This document shows, piece after piece, positions 38,901 to 50,900 of a DNA stretch of 64,000 nucleotides (its first letter is position 1; the number at the start of each line of letters is the position of its first letter). The notes beneath the pieces were generated by a model. That model ran no database searches. It was not told the DNA's origin and saw only the letters and a program-made list of their open reading frames with translations. The DNA lies in assembly GCF_963921235.1 (NCBI RefSeq), contig NC_086097.1, positions 19,718,001 through 19,782,000 of the forward strand. The letters are read 5' to 3'. The position numbers were made by a program, and so were the translations under genes. The stretch comes from Mobula hypostoma. Lineage: Eukaryota.

Positions 38901-41900
38901 CTCGGCAGAGATGGTGCTCGGTGCTGGAGGCTCAAAGTTTTCAGATGGACTCAAGAGTCGGCTGTGGTCGGGTGCTTCCAGGGTGCTGCATCGGCAAGTT
39001 TGCGGCGCTGGAAGCTCATGGCAGGAAGAGTTTCTCTTCCTTCTACCGTCTGTGTGAGATGATGGGACTTTCGAGAGACTTTGAGACTTTTTTTACCGTG
39101 CCTATGGTCTGTTCTTTATCAAATTATGGTATTGCTCTGCACTGTTGTAACCATATGTTATAATTATGTGGTTTTTGTCAGATTTTCAGTCTTGGTTTGT
39201 CTTGTGTTTCTGTGATATCATTCTGGAGGAACATTGTATCATTTCTTAATGCATGCATTACTAAATGACAATAAAAGAGGACTGCGTGTCCTCGTAATTT
39301 AATCTAATCTAATCTAATCTAATCTTATCTAAAAGTCTTGTAAATGTCCTCAATGTATCCGTCCCGACCAACACCCCCGGCAGCGAGTCCACATCAGAGT
39401 AATAGAGCCCAGAAACAGGCCCTTTGGTCCAACTCTTCCATAAACTAGCCCCATTTTCCCCTGTCCCTCTAAACATTTCCTATCCATGAGGTGGAGGAAT
39501 TGGGACTCTGAAGTGGAGGAATTGGGACTCTGAAGTTGAGGAAGAGGTCGTGGGGATACCTGGAGTCTGATAAACAGAAAACCAGGCCGGGGCATTGGGC
39601 AGGCGAGCATTACAAGGGTGGTGAGGGACTGGGTTGCAAACCAGACTGGGGTCAAGAAGGGGAGAACTGCTTTTGCCAACGTGATACACTACATCAAATG
39701 TTAATCATCTTTGCCAATAACTCTTCTTTCCCTCTCATGTTCTGCATGCCTCCTCAGCAGTGACCACCAAAAATCATAAAACCTGCAGATACTGTAAACC
39801 AGAAATAAAAACTGAAAATGCTGGAATGTTAACTGGAATATTCATAGAGCTGAAATATTACAACATAAAACATAGAACAATATAGCACAGGAGCAGGCTC
39901 TGCAGCCTATAATGTTGTGTTGAATCAATTAAATGAGTTTTCCTCACATTCATGTGCTTAGTCTGAAGACTGGGTTTCTCCTTCCACAGGTGCTGCACGA
40001 CCTGCTGAGCATTTGTACTGTTATCTACTTGGAAGGGAAGAATGGAAAATCAAATATTTGCAAATGACATGAAGGTTGGTGGTGTGGTGAATAGTGTAGA
40101 AGGTTGTTGTGGGTTACAACAGGACATAGACGGGATGCAGGACTGGGCAGAGAAGTGGCAGATGGAGTTCAATCCTGGAAACTGAAAGTTCGAAGTTCAA
40201 AGTAAAATTTATTATCAGAGCACATAAATGTCACAACACACAATCTCGAGATCCTTTTTCCGTGGGCATACTTAGCAAATCTATAGAACTGTAACTGTAA
40301 ACATCAGCAATTGTTAACTGTAAACAAACTGTGCAAATGCAGATATAAATAAATAGCAATAAACAATGAGCATGAAATAACAATATAACAGACTAGTTAA
40401 AGGTGTGTAGCTATCCCCTTTTGTTCAAGAGCCTGATGGTTGAGAAGTAGTAACCGTCCTTGAACCTGTTGGTACGAGTCCTGAGACGCCTGCATCTTCT
40501 ACCTGATGGCAGCAGTAGCATCAACTGTTCACTCCCCTCCAGAGGTGCTGCTTGACCTGCTGAGTTCTTCAGGGTTGTGTGTTTGTGTATGTGTGTTAGT
40601 GTGTTGTTTAAGATTTCCAGAATCCCTTGTGTTTACAAATTTAACTGATAGACTCTCACCATCCTGGATCCTGCCAGCTAGCGCTTCGGCACTGAAGCCT
40701 GCAAACACCACAGTGTGCACCGCCCCGATACGGGCACAGGCCAACATGGAGGCCACGGCGACTGGCGAGGTTGGCATGTAGATGGTCACCCGATCACCTT
40801 TCCGGATGCCTTGCCTTTTCAGGGTGTTGGCCACACGGCAAGTCAACTCCAGCAACTGCCTGAACACAGGGAATTGAACAGCAATTTCAGTCTCTTTATA
40901 CATTTCATTATTTCACGACACAGAGCTGAGAAGGCCCTTCTGGACCTCCGAGCCACACCACCCAGCAATTGCCGATTAACCCTAACCCAATCACGGGACA
41001 AGTTACAATGACCAATTAACCTACCTGGTACGTCTTTGCATTGTCAGAGGAAACCAGAGCACCCGGGGAAAACCCACGCATTCCACGGGGAGGACGTACA
41101 GACAGCGCCGGGATTGAACTCTAAACTCCAGAACACCCCTAGCTGCAATAGCGTCACACTAACCACTATGCTAGAATGCAGTCCACTCAGCAACCTGTTG
41201 GACCCCAGCATCTTCCTCCATTATCTCCTGTATCTCCTGTAAGCTCTCAAACTTCCTGTAGGTTTAGTCTAACATTGCAGCAATCTCGTTCATACCACCC
41301 ATTACTCGTGCGTGACAACATTGTGACTGAGAGACATAACGTCCTCCAGCACTCCCCTCTCCCCGAGCGCTGCAGGTAACTCTGAGATCACTACTCTTTG
41401 GGAATCAGTATCAAAATCAGGTTTAATATCACCGGCAAGTGTTGGGAAATTTGTTGTCTTTGCAGCAGCTGTACAATGCCATCCATTATAATAGAGAAGA
41501 AAATGTGAATTACAGGAAGTATATAAAATAGTTAAGTTAAATAAGCCAGTGAAAAAATAGAAATAAAATAGTTGTGAGGTAGCGTTCATGGGTTCAATGT
41601 CCATTCAGAAATCTGATGGCAGAGGGGAAGAAGCTGCTCCTGAACTGTTGAGTGTGTGTCTTCAGGCTTCTGGACCTCATCCCTAATGGTAGCAATGAGA
41701 ACAGGGCATGACCTGGGTGACGAGGGTCTTTAATGATGAACGGCATCTTCTTGAGGCATTGCTGCTGGAAAATGTCCTAGATACTGCAAAGAACCTGGGG
41801 AATCCAGATCATGATCCATTGAAAGTGACATCACAGGTAGACAGGGTTGTAAAGAGTGCTTTTGCCACATTGATCAGGGCATTCAGTACAGGAGTTGGGG

Positions 41901-44900
41901 CACAAGAGCCCCATTCTCCAGCTACTATTTGCAGACGCACACAGAGGACACACTGCAGGCTGCAGTCACAGTTCACCAAGGCTGGAAGGGCTTTCAGGTT
42001 AACGGTCCGCCTGAATCTCCATGATCCTCCATCAGAAGCCCCCACTTCGGATCACCATTGACGAACAACCTCTCACCACAATTGAACAGTTCACCTACCT
42101 GGGCAGCACCATCTCCAACGATGCTACGGTGGTAAGGGACATTGACAATCGACTGGCCAGAGCCAGAAGTGCCTTCAGGCGCTTCCAGAAACGCGTGCGG
42201 AAGAACCACCAGCTGCGACTGTCCACAAAAATCCAGGTGTACGGGGTTGCCATTGCCACAACACTCCTATGTGGCTCTGAAGCCTGGGTCTCGTACCACA
42301 AACAAATCTTGACGCTCAAGCGCCACCTCCGCTCCATCATGGATATCAGCTGGCAGGACCTTGTCTCCAACAACAAGGTCCTGGAGTAGACTCAATTTCC
42401 AAGCACTGGAGCCACTTTGCTGCTCAGGCAGCTTCACTGGTCAGACCAAGTGTCTCGCATGGACAACTCCAGGTTACCAAAAGCAGTATTCTACGGTGAA
42501 CTCTCTCAGGGCAAGAGAGATTGTGGTGCCCCGCGCAAGAGTTACAAAGCCCAACTGAAGCAGCTGCTCTCTCGGGAAAATATCGAAGTCAACAAGTGGC
42601 AGCAGCTGGCTTGTGACAGAGACCCTTGGAGAACGCTGATCTGTGGCACAGCCAAGAATGTTGAGGAATTCAGAAGAGCGACTGCTGAAGAGAAGAGGAG
42701 ACGCAGGAAGGACCCAAGCGCCCACATTCCAGATGTTCCCGTGTCTCTACTGTTCCAGAGTCTGCAGATCCAGAATTGGCCTCTACAGTCACCAACGATC
42801 GTGCCATCAACTCCTGAGGACTCTTCTTCCCTCCTGATCTTCGCAAGCGAAGAACCAGCCATCTCATCTCTCTGTGGCGCCATTTCAAAGTTGTACAAGA
42901 TGTTGGTGAGGCCGAATTTAGAGTTTTTTTTTAAGTAGTTCTGATCGCTTACCTACAGGAAAGATATCAATAAGCCTGAAAGCTTGCAGAGAAATTTCAC
43001 ACGGATGCTGCTGGAACTTGAGGACCTGAGTTATAGTGAAAACTTTAGTAGGTTAGGACTTTATTCCCTGGACCTCAGGGCAATGAGGGAAGATCTTATA
43101 GAGATATACAACATTATGTGGGATATCAGCAGAATCTCTTGTCTCATTTGCAGAGTTTACTCTGTGCAAATTAGTTTAGTTTCCAATATTTTAACAAAGA
43201 CTAATCTCAAAATTACTGTGTTGTGCTTCAGGCTATCTAGAGGTTGGGAAAGATGGTTCAGAAATTTCAGTTCATTTTGTTCGACAATCCACGGCCATAT
43301 TTTCCTCCAACCCTGCACTCACCTGTAGGTGACTCTCACTTCAGTTCCAGGCTCATCCCGCTCCCAGATTAAAGCCACTTTATCTGGAGATGTGTGGACA
43401 TGACGGTCAATGCAATTCACTGCTCGGGGAAAAACAGGAACAGAAAGGGTTAATGAATTTCATAGTAAATATAGCAGTGGAGATAACAAAGGCAGCTCAG
43501 AAAATGCAGAATGAATTTCAAAAAAACGCTAACGGGGAAGGCAAAGCCAGATAGAACTGAAGAATTGGACTTTGATAGAAAGTTGCAGAGTGGAGGCCCT
43601 GCATAAATGGTGTCGATCACTGTTCACTCAACACTCACCACAAACCATAATAGCCTGGTCTACAGGGAAGTTGATGACACCCCATTACGGTGGAATCCAA
43701 AGTCATGATCACATGACCCAACCTTGCCTGGGCACTGGTTCCCTGCTTCAGGATTGTGACCTGATTTGAGGATGCAAAGCTAAAGATGTCTTTGCAAAAC
43801 CTATTTCAATTTATTTTCTCCAAATGGCATGTTAACTAATTTATTACCAGCAACACTTTCAGTTCTTGTTTAATGGGATCATGTTAAGGAACAGGTTGAG
43901 AAGTGCTGTCTTAAGGCATTATTACCGGGACACAGGTAATAAACATCTTCATAACAGATATTGTTCAAATTTCTTTACATCTACAAAGACGTCCTTGAGC
44001 TCGACACATGCAGGGAATGTGATTAATTAACTTCCTCTCTACTCCACGTTGCCTACTTCAAGTCAATATGCTTCAGGGTGCCCTGACTGGGGCTAGGATC
44101 ACTCACTGTGCTCCCCAAGTCTCTACACCAAGGTTCCAGGTGTCATACTGCAAACACCTAGGGCTTTTCTCGTTCAAGCGAAGGCGGATGAGAGATGACT
44201 TGACAGAGGTGTACAAAATTAAAAGAGGCACAAGAGGACAAAGAGCATCTTTTTTTTTCCCAGGGCAGAAATAGCTAAATGGCTAACATCCTGTAAAGGT
44301 GAGGGGAGGAAAGTTGAGAGGAGATGTCAGAGGTAAGTGTTTTTCACACAGAGAGTGGTAGGTACCCAGAACACCCTAATGGGGATGGTGATAGAGACAG
44401 GTACATTTTGGATATTTAAGAGACTTGTTATTGGTTACAGGCTGTCGTTCTTGTCCTATGTTTGCTGTGGTAACCAATGTGGTGACAAATGGAACACACA
44501 CAAAATGCTGGAGGCCAGGCACCATCTATGGAAAAGAGTCTGAAGGAGATATTACATCAAGACCGAATTCCACCAGTGTGTTACTTTGGATTTATCTGCA
44601 GATTTTCTCAAGTTTGTGGTGACAAATGGAGACTGAAGGAACCTGTCATAAACACGCCAAAGGAGACTGCATCATGCAAAGCTGAGAGAGACGTTAACTC
44701 GGTCTCATTGGCCAGTCCCGCAGGCTTTCGCAGAGCTGCCCTCCCACTGTCTGGGATCCCTGCTGAAACAGGAGCCAGCAGACAGGATTCAAACAGGATG
44801 ATCGAGCTGACCACGTTTGTTACCAAAGGGTACAAACTTGGTGCAAAGGGAACAGGTTTATTCCGCATTACTATTGTGGCATCTGTTCTGAAGCACAATG

Positions 44901-47900
44901 TGGCTGTCTCACGAATCCTGCAGCCCAGTTCAATCCTGATCCATCCAGTTCTGTCTCTGGTGGAGTTTGTATGTTCACCGTGTGACCCCTTGGATTTCCC
45001 CTGGGTGCACCAGATTCCTCCCACATCCCAAAGATGTGCAATTTAACTGATTGCTGCCAATTACCCCCTCATGTAGGTGGCTGATGGGAGAATTGTAAGT
45101 GTTAATGGTTGTAAGTGAGCAAATATGTTAGAACATAGAACATTACGGCACAGAACGGGCTCTTCAGCACAACAACTTTGTTCAAAGTAAATGTATTATC
45201 AAAGTACAAACGTCACCATTTTCATTTTCTTGCGGCCATACTCAATAAATCTATAGAATAATAACCATAATAGAATCAATTAAAGACCGCACCAACTTGG
45301 GCAGTCAACCAGTGTGCAAAATACAACAAACTGTACAAATACCAAAAGAAAAAAAACAATAAAATAAATAAATAAGCAATAAATATCAAGGACATGAGAT
45401 GAAGAGTCCTTGAAATTGAGTCCATAGGTTGTGGGAACATTTGAATGATGGGGCGAGTGAAGGTGAGTGAAGCTATTCCCTTTGGTTCAAAAGCCTGATG
45501 ACTGAGGGCTAATAATTGTTCCTGAACCTGATGGTGTGAGTCCTAAACCTCTTGACGGCAGCGAGAAAAGAGCCTGACCTAGGTGGTGGGGGTCCCTGAT
45601 AATGGATGCTGCTTTCCTGTGACAACGCTTCACATAAATGTGTTCGATGTTGGGGAGGCTTTACCCATGATGGACTGGGCCGTAGCCATTATTCTTTGTT
45701 AGATTTTCCAGTTAAGGGCATTGGTGCTTCCAGACCAGACTGCGATGTAGCCAGTCAATATATTCTCCACTACACATCTGTAGAAGTGTGCCGACAATGT
45801 TGTGTATGTTACTCTCTCATTACAGAAATGCTGGAAGAACCTAACTGGTCAGGCAGCACCTACGGCGTGGAATTACATTACAGAGGAGTAACTCGGAGGA
45901 GGGGGATACACAGGAAGCTAGCGGAGAAAAGATGCGATGATTTTGACAGTATTGTGGATTGAATTTGGAGTGCCGTATGCAGTTCCAGTCACCACTTCAC
46001 AGGAGGGGTGTGTGAAGGCTCTGGAGAGGGTGCAGAAGTTCTCTGGGAAGTTGCCTGGATTACAGATTATCAGCTACAAGGAGAGGTTGAACAAACTTGC
46101 ATTACTTTCTCCAGATATTCGGAAGTTAAAAGGCGACCTGATGTAAGTTTATAAAATTATGACAGGCAAAATTAGGGTGGCGGGTCAGTCTTCCCAACAT
46201 CGAAATATCAAATACCAGAGGACAAGGATTTTAGGTGAGAAGGAGTAATTGGTGCCCTGAATGTGCTGTCAAGGGAGGTGGTAGGAGTTGTTCTGTGCTG
46301 TATTGTTCTGATTTATAAACTGTTTTCCTCGGTGCTGTAGAAAAGATATGAAATTATGGCAACGGCTCCTGAATAACTATACCAAAATTTTTGGGAAGTT
46401 TATGCTGCCTGAGGGGGAGAGGGAGTCAATCCAAGTTGGCAGCAACATCTCCAGCTCCATCACTCTGAGCACTGCCCCCAGGGCCGTGTGCTCAGCCTGC
46501 TGCAGTTCACGCTGCTGACTCATGACTGCCTTGCCAGATCCAGCTCAAAACGCATCATCATTCGCTGATGATACAACAGTGGTTGGCCTCTTCAGCAACA
46601 ATGATGAGTCTGTTGGCCATGGCAGATTTCAAACGTCGAACTCGAATGGGTCAAGGGCAGTGGAAGCAGACAGATCAATTGTCTTAGTTTCCTGCCATGT
46701 GCTTGGAGATGGAGGCTGCCATTTTGTGGAACTGTTTTACGTCCTCCATTTTGTGAGATGGAGTTGCTTTGCTTTCTGTGTTTTAAAGAAAACACAATGA
46801 TGTTTCAGGTAATCTGTGGGTCTACAGATCATTTCCAAATAAGAAGTTATTTGTGAGGAGTTCTTTGATATAACATAACATGCAGGTTTGTGAATGTTGG
46901 GATTGGTGTCTGCCTGGAGTGATCCGAGCTGGTTATTGAAGAGAACGAAGAGCCATAAATAACAGGAATTCTGCAGATGCTGGAAATTCAAGCAACACAC
47001 ATCAAAGTTGCTGGTGACGAAGGGTCTCGGCCTGAAACATTGACTGTACCTCTTCCTAGAGATGCTGCCTGGCTTGCTGCGTTCACCAGCAACTTTGATG
47101 TGTGTTGCTTGAAAGAGCCATAAATGACTGATTATCACTTGCTGGGAAGAGGGAATAAGAGGGCAATAAATGGATGCTAGCCTGGAGCAGAGCCAATAAA
47201 AAGGTGTTAAAAGTCAATCAGATGACCTACGTTGGAATGCAATACTTGATTTGGTAAGGAATGAGTATAAAAGTAGACACCTTGAGTGTGCTATCAGCTT
47301 GCTCTCAAGAGACCCACCATCGCAAGGAAGAACCCCCATGCCAGGGGTTGGGCGAAGAAAGGATCGATCACCTGGCCAATGGAGATCTCCTATTTCAGTG
47401 TTATAAATTGGACAAGTTGTCTGAGTGAGTACTGGTACACAGGGAACAGTAGAATTCATGGTCTAAGCTGTTGGCCCAGGGCCAATATAGTTACGTTGTT
47501 GTTTGCACAGAGACAATAAAGCGCGAGCTTCAATTAAGTACAAGTTGCATAGCGAATTTCCTAACCTAGCTCCGTTGACGAACAGTCAACAAGTCAGCAT
47601 ACAGAAAGGTGGAGAGGCTTGGCCAAATGGTGTGATAACAACAACCTGAGTCTCAACATGGACAATTCAAAAGAGATGATTGTGGACTTCAGGAAGACAC
47701 AGTTAATACCCTCCATTGCACATCAATGGCTCTGCCATGGAGAAAGTGAGGCACAAAGCTTTTGGTGTGCACATAATGGATGATCTAGCCGAGACCCACA
47801 ACACCTGATTAGCCAAGAAGGCAGAGCAGCATCTACACTTTCTGAGGAAGACTGAGGTGTGCAACTATACCCACCTCCATTCAAACAACTGTCCACAGCA

Positions 47901-50900
47901 GCACCCTCGAGTGTCAGGCTGTATCATTGTGTGGAAGCAGCAAGGCAATGGACCACAAGACCCTACAAAGGATACTAACCACTGCTGGGAGGATCACTGA
48001 GGTCTCCCTCGGCCCTATTTGTGACATTTACACGGACCACTGTATTTGAAGGATCTGGAACATTGTTGAGGATCCCTACCACCCATCCCACGATTTCTTT
48101 GACCCACTACCATCAGGGAGGAGGTACAGGAGCATCAAGGACTATGACTGACAGAATGGGTAACAGCTTCTTCCCTCAGGCTGTGAGACTGATGAATACC
48201 CCGCCACCACCGAGGTCTCGGCACTAGGACAGCAAGACATTCACTATTTACCTGCGCTGCACACTTCATGCATCTTGAATCATATTTTATTAACTTATTT
48301 GTGATAATATTTTGGTTTATGCGCTGTGTGTGATATATATTTTGTGAGTACACTGTGAATCGGAGGAGCTTTGTTTCATTTGATTGTATAAACTTGAACT
48401 TGTAGTTAAATGTCCACTGTGTATTGTTCTCCAGAGAGGTTGCCTGACCTGCTGAGTTCCTCTAGCATTTGGAGTTTGTTGCTCTGGATTTCCACCATCT
48501 GCGGCATCTCTTGTGCTAACGTTGTAACATCTGTTTATTGTGTCGTGAGAATTGTGTATAACATGCTAATTTCTGAGGCCTCCGTTAGTCAACCATGGAT
48601 GTTGAGGCTGAGCTGCCTAGATATGTAAGCAAGGGCAGTAAGGTACGGAGAGCACACTGCTGCCCATGTAGCGAGCTCCCTCTCTCCACACATTTGATGA
48701 ACCCAAAGGAACGGCAGAGACCGATACAGTTTGGTACCAGCAGTACCGCAGGAGTTGCCAGTCAGCGTTGAACTCAATGGTAGGACTGCCTTAGGGACTC
48801 CAGCTCCAGAGTTCTTCCCTCCTGGTTTGCTCCTGAAGCCTTCCCCATGAGTGGGTATGGTGAAACTTTGAGATCAGAGTTTTCCTTCTCCTAAATGAGC
48901 TGCCAGCCACGGCTGAGTAGACCGATCTGCCCGAAGCGACTAGTTTTAAGGTGCCAGTAACCCACCTTTGCCCCTTCTCTTGTCAGTAGAAACGGTAAAG
49001 CTGGGCCTAGTAGCTAAGCCACGTGTAAAGGCCAGGAGCTGGACTTGGTTGTCAGAGGCTATTTGAGGCACACACCATTGGGAGCATTTAATAGATAGTG
49101 GGAGTTTATCCCCACTGCCTTCCCTGGCTGTAACAATCTTAAAATTGTTAATTTATGTACTTTATATTCATCACGTTTATAATGCACTGTACTGCTGTAA
49201 GAAGGTGGCTAATTTTTAAGACTTTTATACAATAAACGAACTTGAGTTGTTAAGTACGTAAAGCAGGGAACAGTAGTGAGGAAACCTTGGGAGTGTTAAG
49301 GCTAGGAGTGATTAAAGGACAGAAATGATGATGGTAGCAGATGAAAGAAGCAAAAGGGCTGAGGTAAGTGTAAACAGTATCAGCTCACACTCTGTTAATT
49401 ATCACCTTGTAGTTTGTCTGTAATCTCATTCGCAGTGAAAGGTAGTTTATAAAGATTAAAGATTAGCTTTATTTGCCACATGTACATTGAAACACACAGT
49501 GAATTGAACCATCAAGCACATCTTTCTCTCCCCCTTGCTTTCTGCTTTCCGCAGGGATCGCTCCCTACGCGACTTCCTTGTCCATTCGTCCCCCCCATCC
49601 CTCCCCACTGATCTCCCTCCTGGCACTTATCCTTGTAAGCAGAACAAATGCTACACATGCCCTTACACTTCCTCCCTTACCACCATTCAGGACCCCAGAC
49701 AGTCCTTCCAAGTGAGGCGACACTTCACCTGTGAGTCAGCTGGGTGATATACTGCGTCCGGTGCTCCCGATGTGGCCTTCTATATATTGGCGAGACCCGA
49801 CACAGGCTGGGACACCGTTTCGTTGAATACCAACGCTCTGTCCACCAGAGAAAGCAGGATCTCCCAGTGGCCACACATTTTAATTCCACGTCCCATTCCC
49901 ATTCTGATATGTCTATCCACGACCTCCTCTACTGTAAAGATGAAGCCACACTCAGGTTGGAGGAACAACATCTTATATTCCGTCTGGGCAGCCTCCAACC
50001 TGATGGCATGAACATTGACTTCTCTAACTTCCGTTAATGCCCCACCTCCCCCTCGTACCCCATCCCTTATTAGTTTATTTAATATTTTTTTTAATAATTT
50101 TTTTATTTTCCCCCCTTTTTTTCTCCCTCTGTCCTTCTCACTATAACTCTTTGCCTGCTCTCCAACCTCCGGGCTCCCCTCCCCGCTTCTCTTTCTCCCC
50201 AGGCTTCCCGTTCCATGATCCTCTCCCTTCCCAGCCTGGTATCCCTTTTGCCAAACAACTTTCCAGCTCTTAGCTCCATCCCTCCCCCTCCTGTCTTCTC
50301 CTATCATTTTGGATCTCTCCCTCCCCCTCCAACTTTCAAATCTCTTACTATCTCCTCTTTCAGTTAGTCCTGACAAAGGGTCCCAGCCCGAAATGTCGAC
50401 TGTACCTCTTCCTATAGATGCTGCCTGGCCTGCTGCGTTCACCAGCATTTTTTGTGTGTGTTGCGGGAAATGTGCCATTTGTGTCAATGGCCAACACAGG
50501 CTGAGGATTGTGCCGTGGGTAGCCCGAAGGTGTCACCACACTTCCTGTGCCAACACAGCATGCTCACAACTCGCTAATCCTAACCCGTGCTTCTTCGGAA
50601 TGCTGGCGAAAACCAGAGCCCATGGAGGAAACCCACGCAGTCACGGGGAGGGTGTACAAACTCCTTATAGACGGCGGCAGGAAGTGAACCCGGGTTGCTG
50701 GCGCAATGTTTGTTACACTAACCGCTACGCTACTGTGTGATATTAGCAGATGCAAAAGCAAAGGTTAACTCAGTGAGTGACATACGTGGAAATGGCAGTT
50801 TTTGACAAGATAAACTGGGTTTATCTCTCTGACTCCTCATCTTCTTTTCTTCAGTCCTGATGAAGAGTCTCAGCCCAAAACGTCCACTGTACTCTTTGCT

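Larger units (their letters stand above)
46430..48400 (+). mobile_element. Decayed Rex1/L2-like LINE interrupted by a solo LTR
   Basis: [21 protein letters not shown] reading resumes across the LTR. Confidence 0.75.

Noticed and set aside
39490..39537. 22-bp tandem duplication GTGGAGGAATTGGGACTCTGAA x2
   Set aside because: Simple local slippage duplication with no further structure.
50366..50890. Hammerhead motifs at 50366 and 50852 (also about 1060, 4310, 14070, 16145) as active ribozymes
   Set aside because: The core or stems are mutated (e.g. CTGACAA/GAAAT, AAAAC for GAAAC, GAGAC), and the plus-strand copies are antisense to the host transcript.
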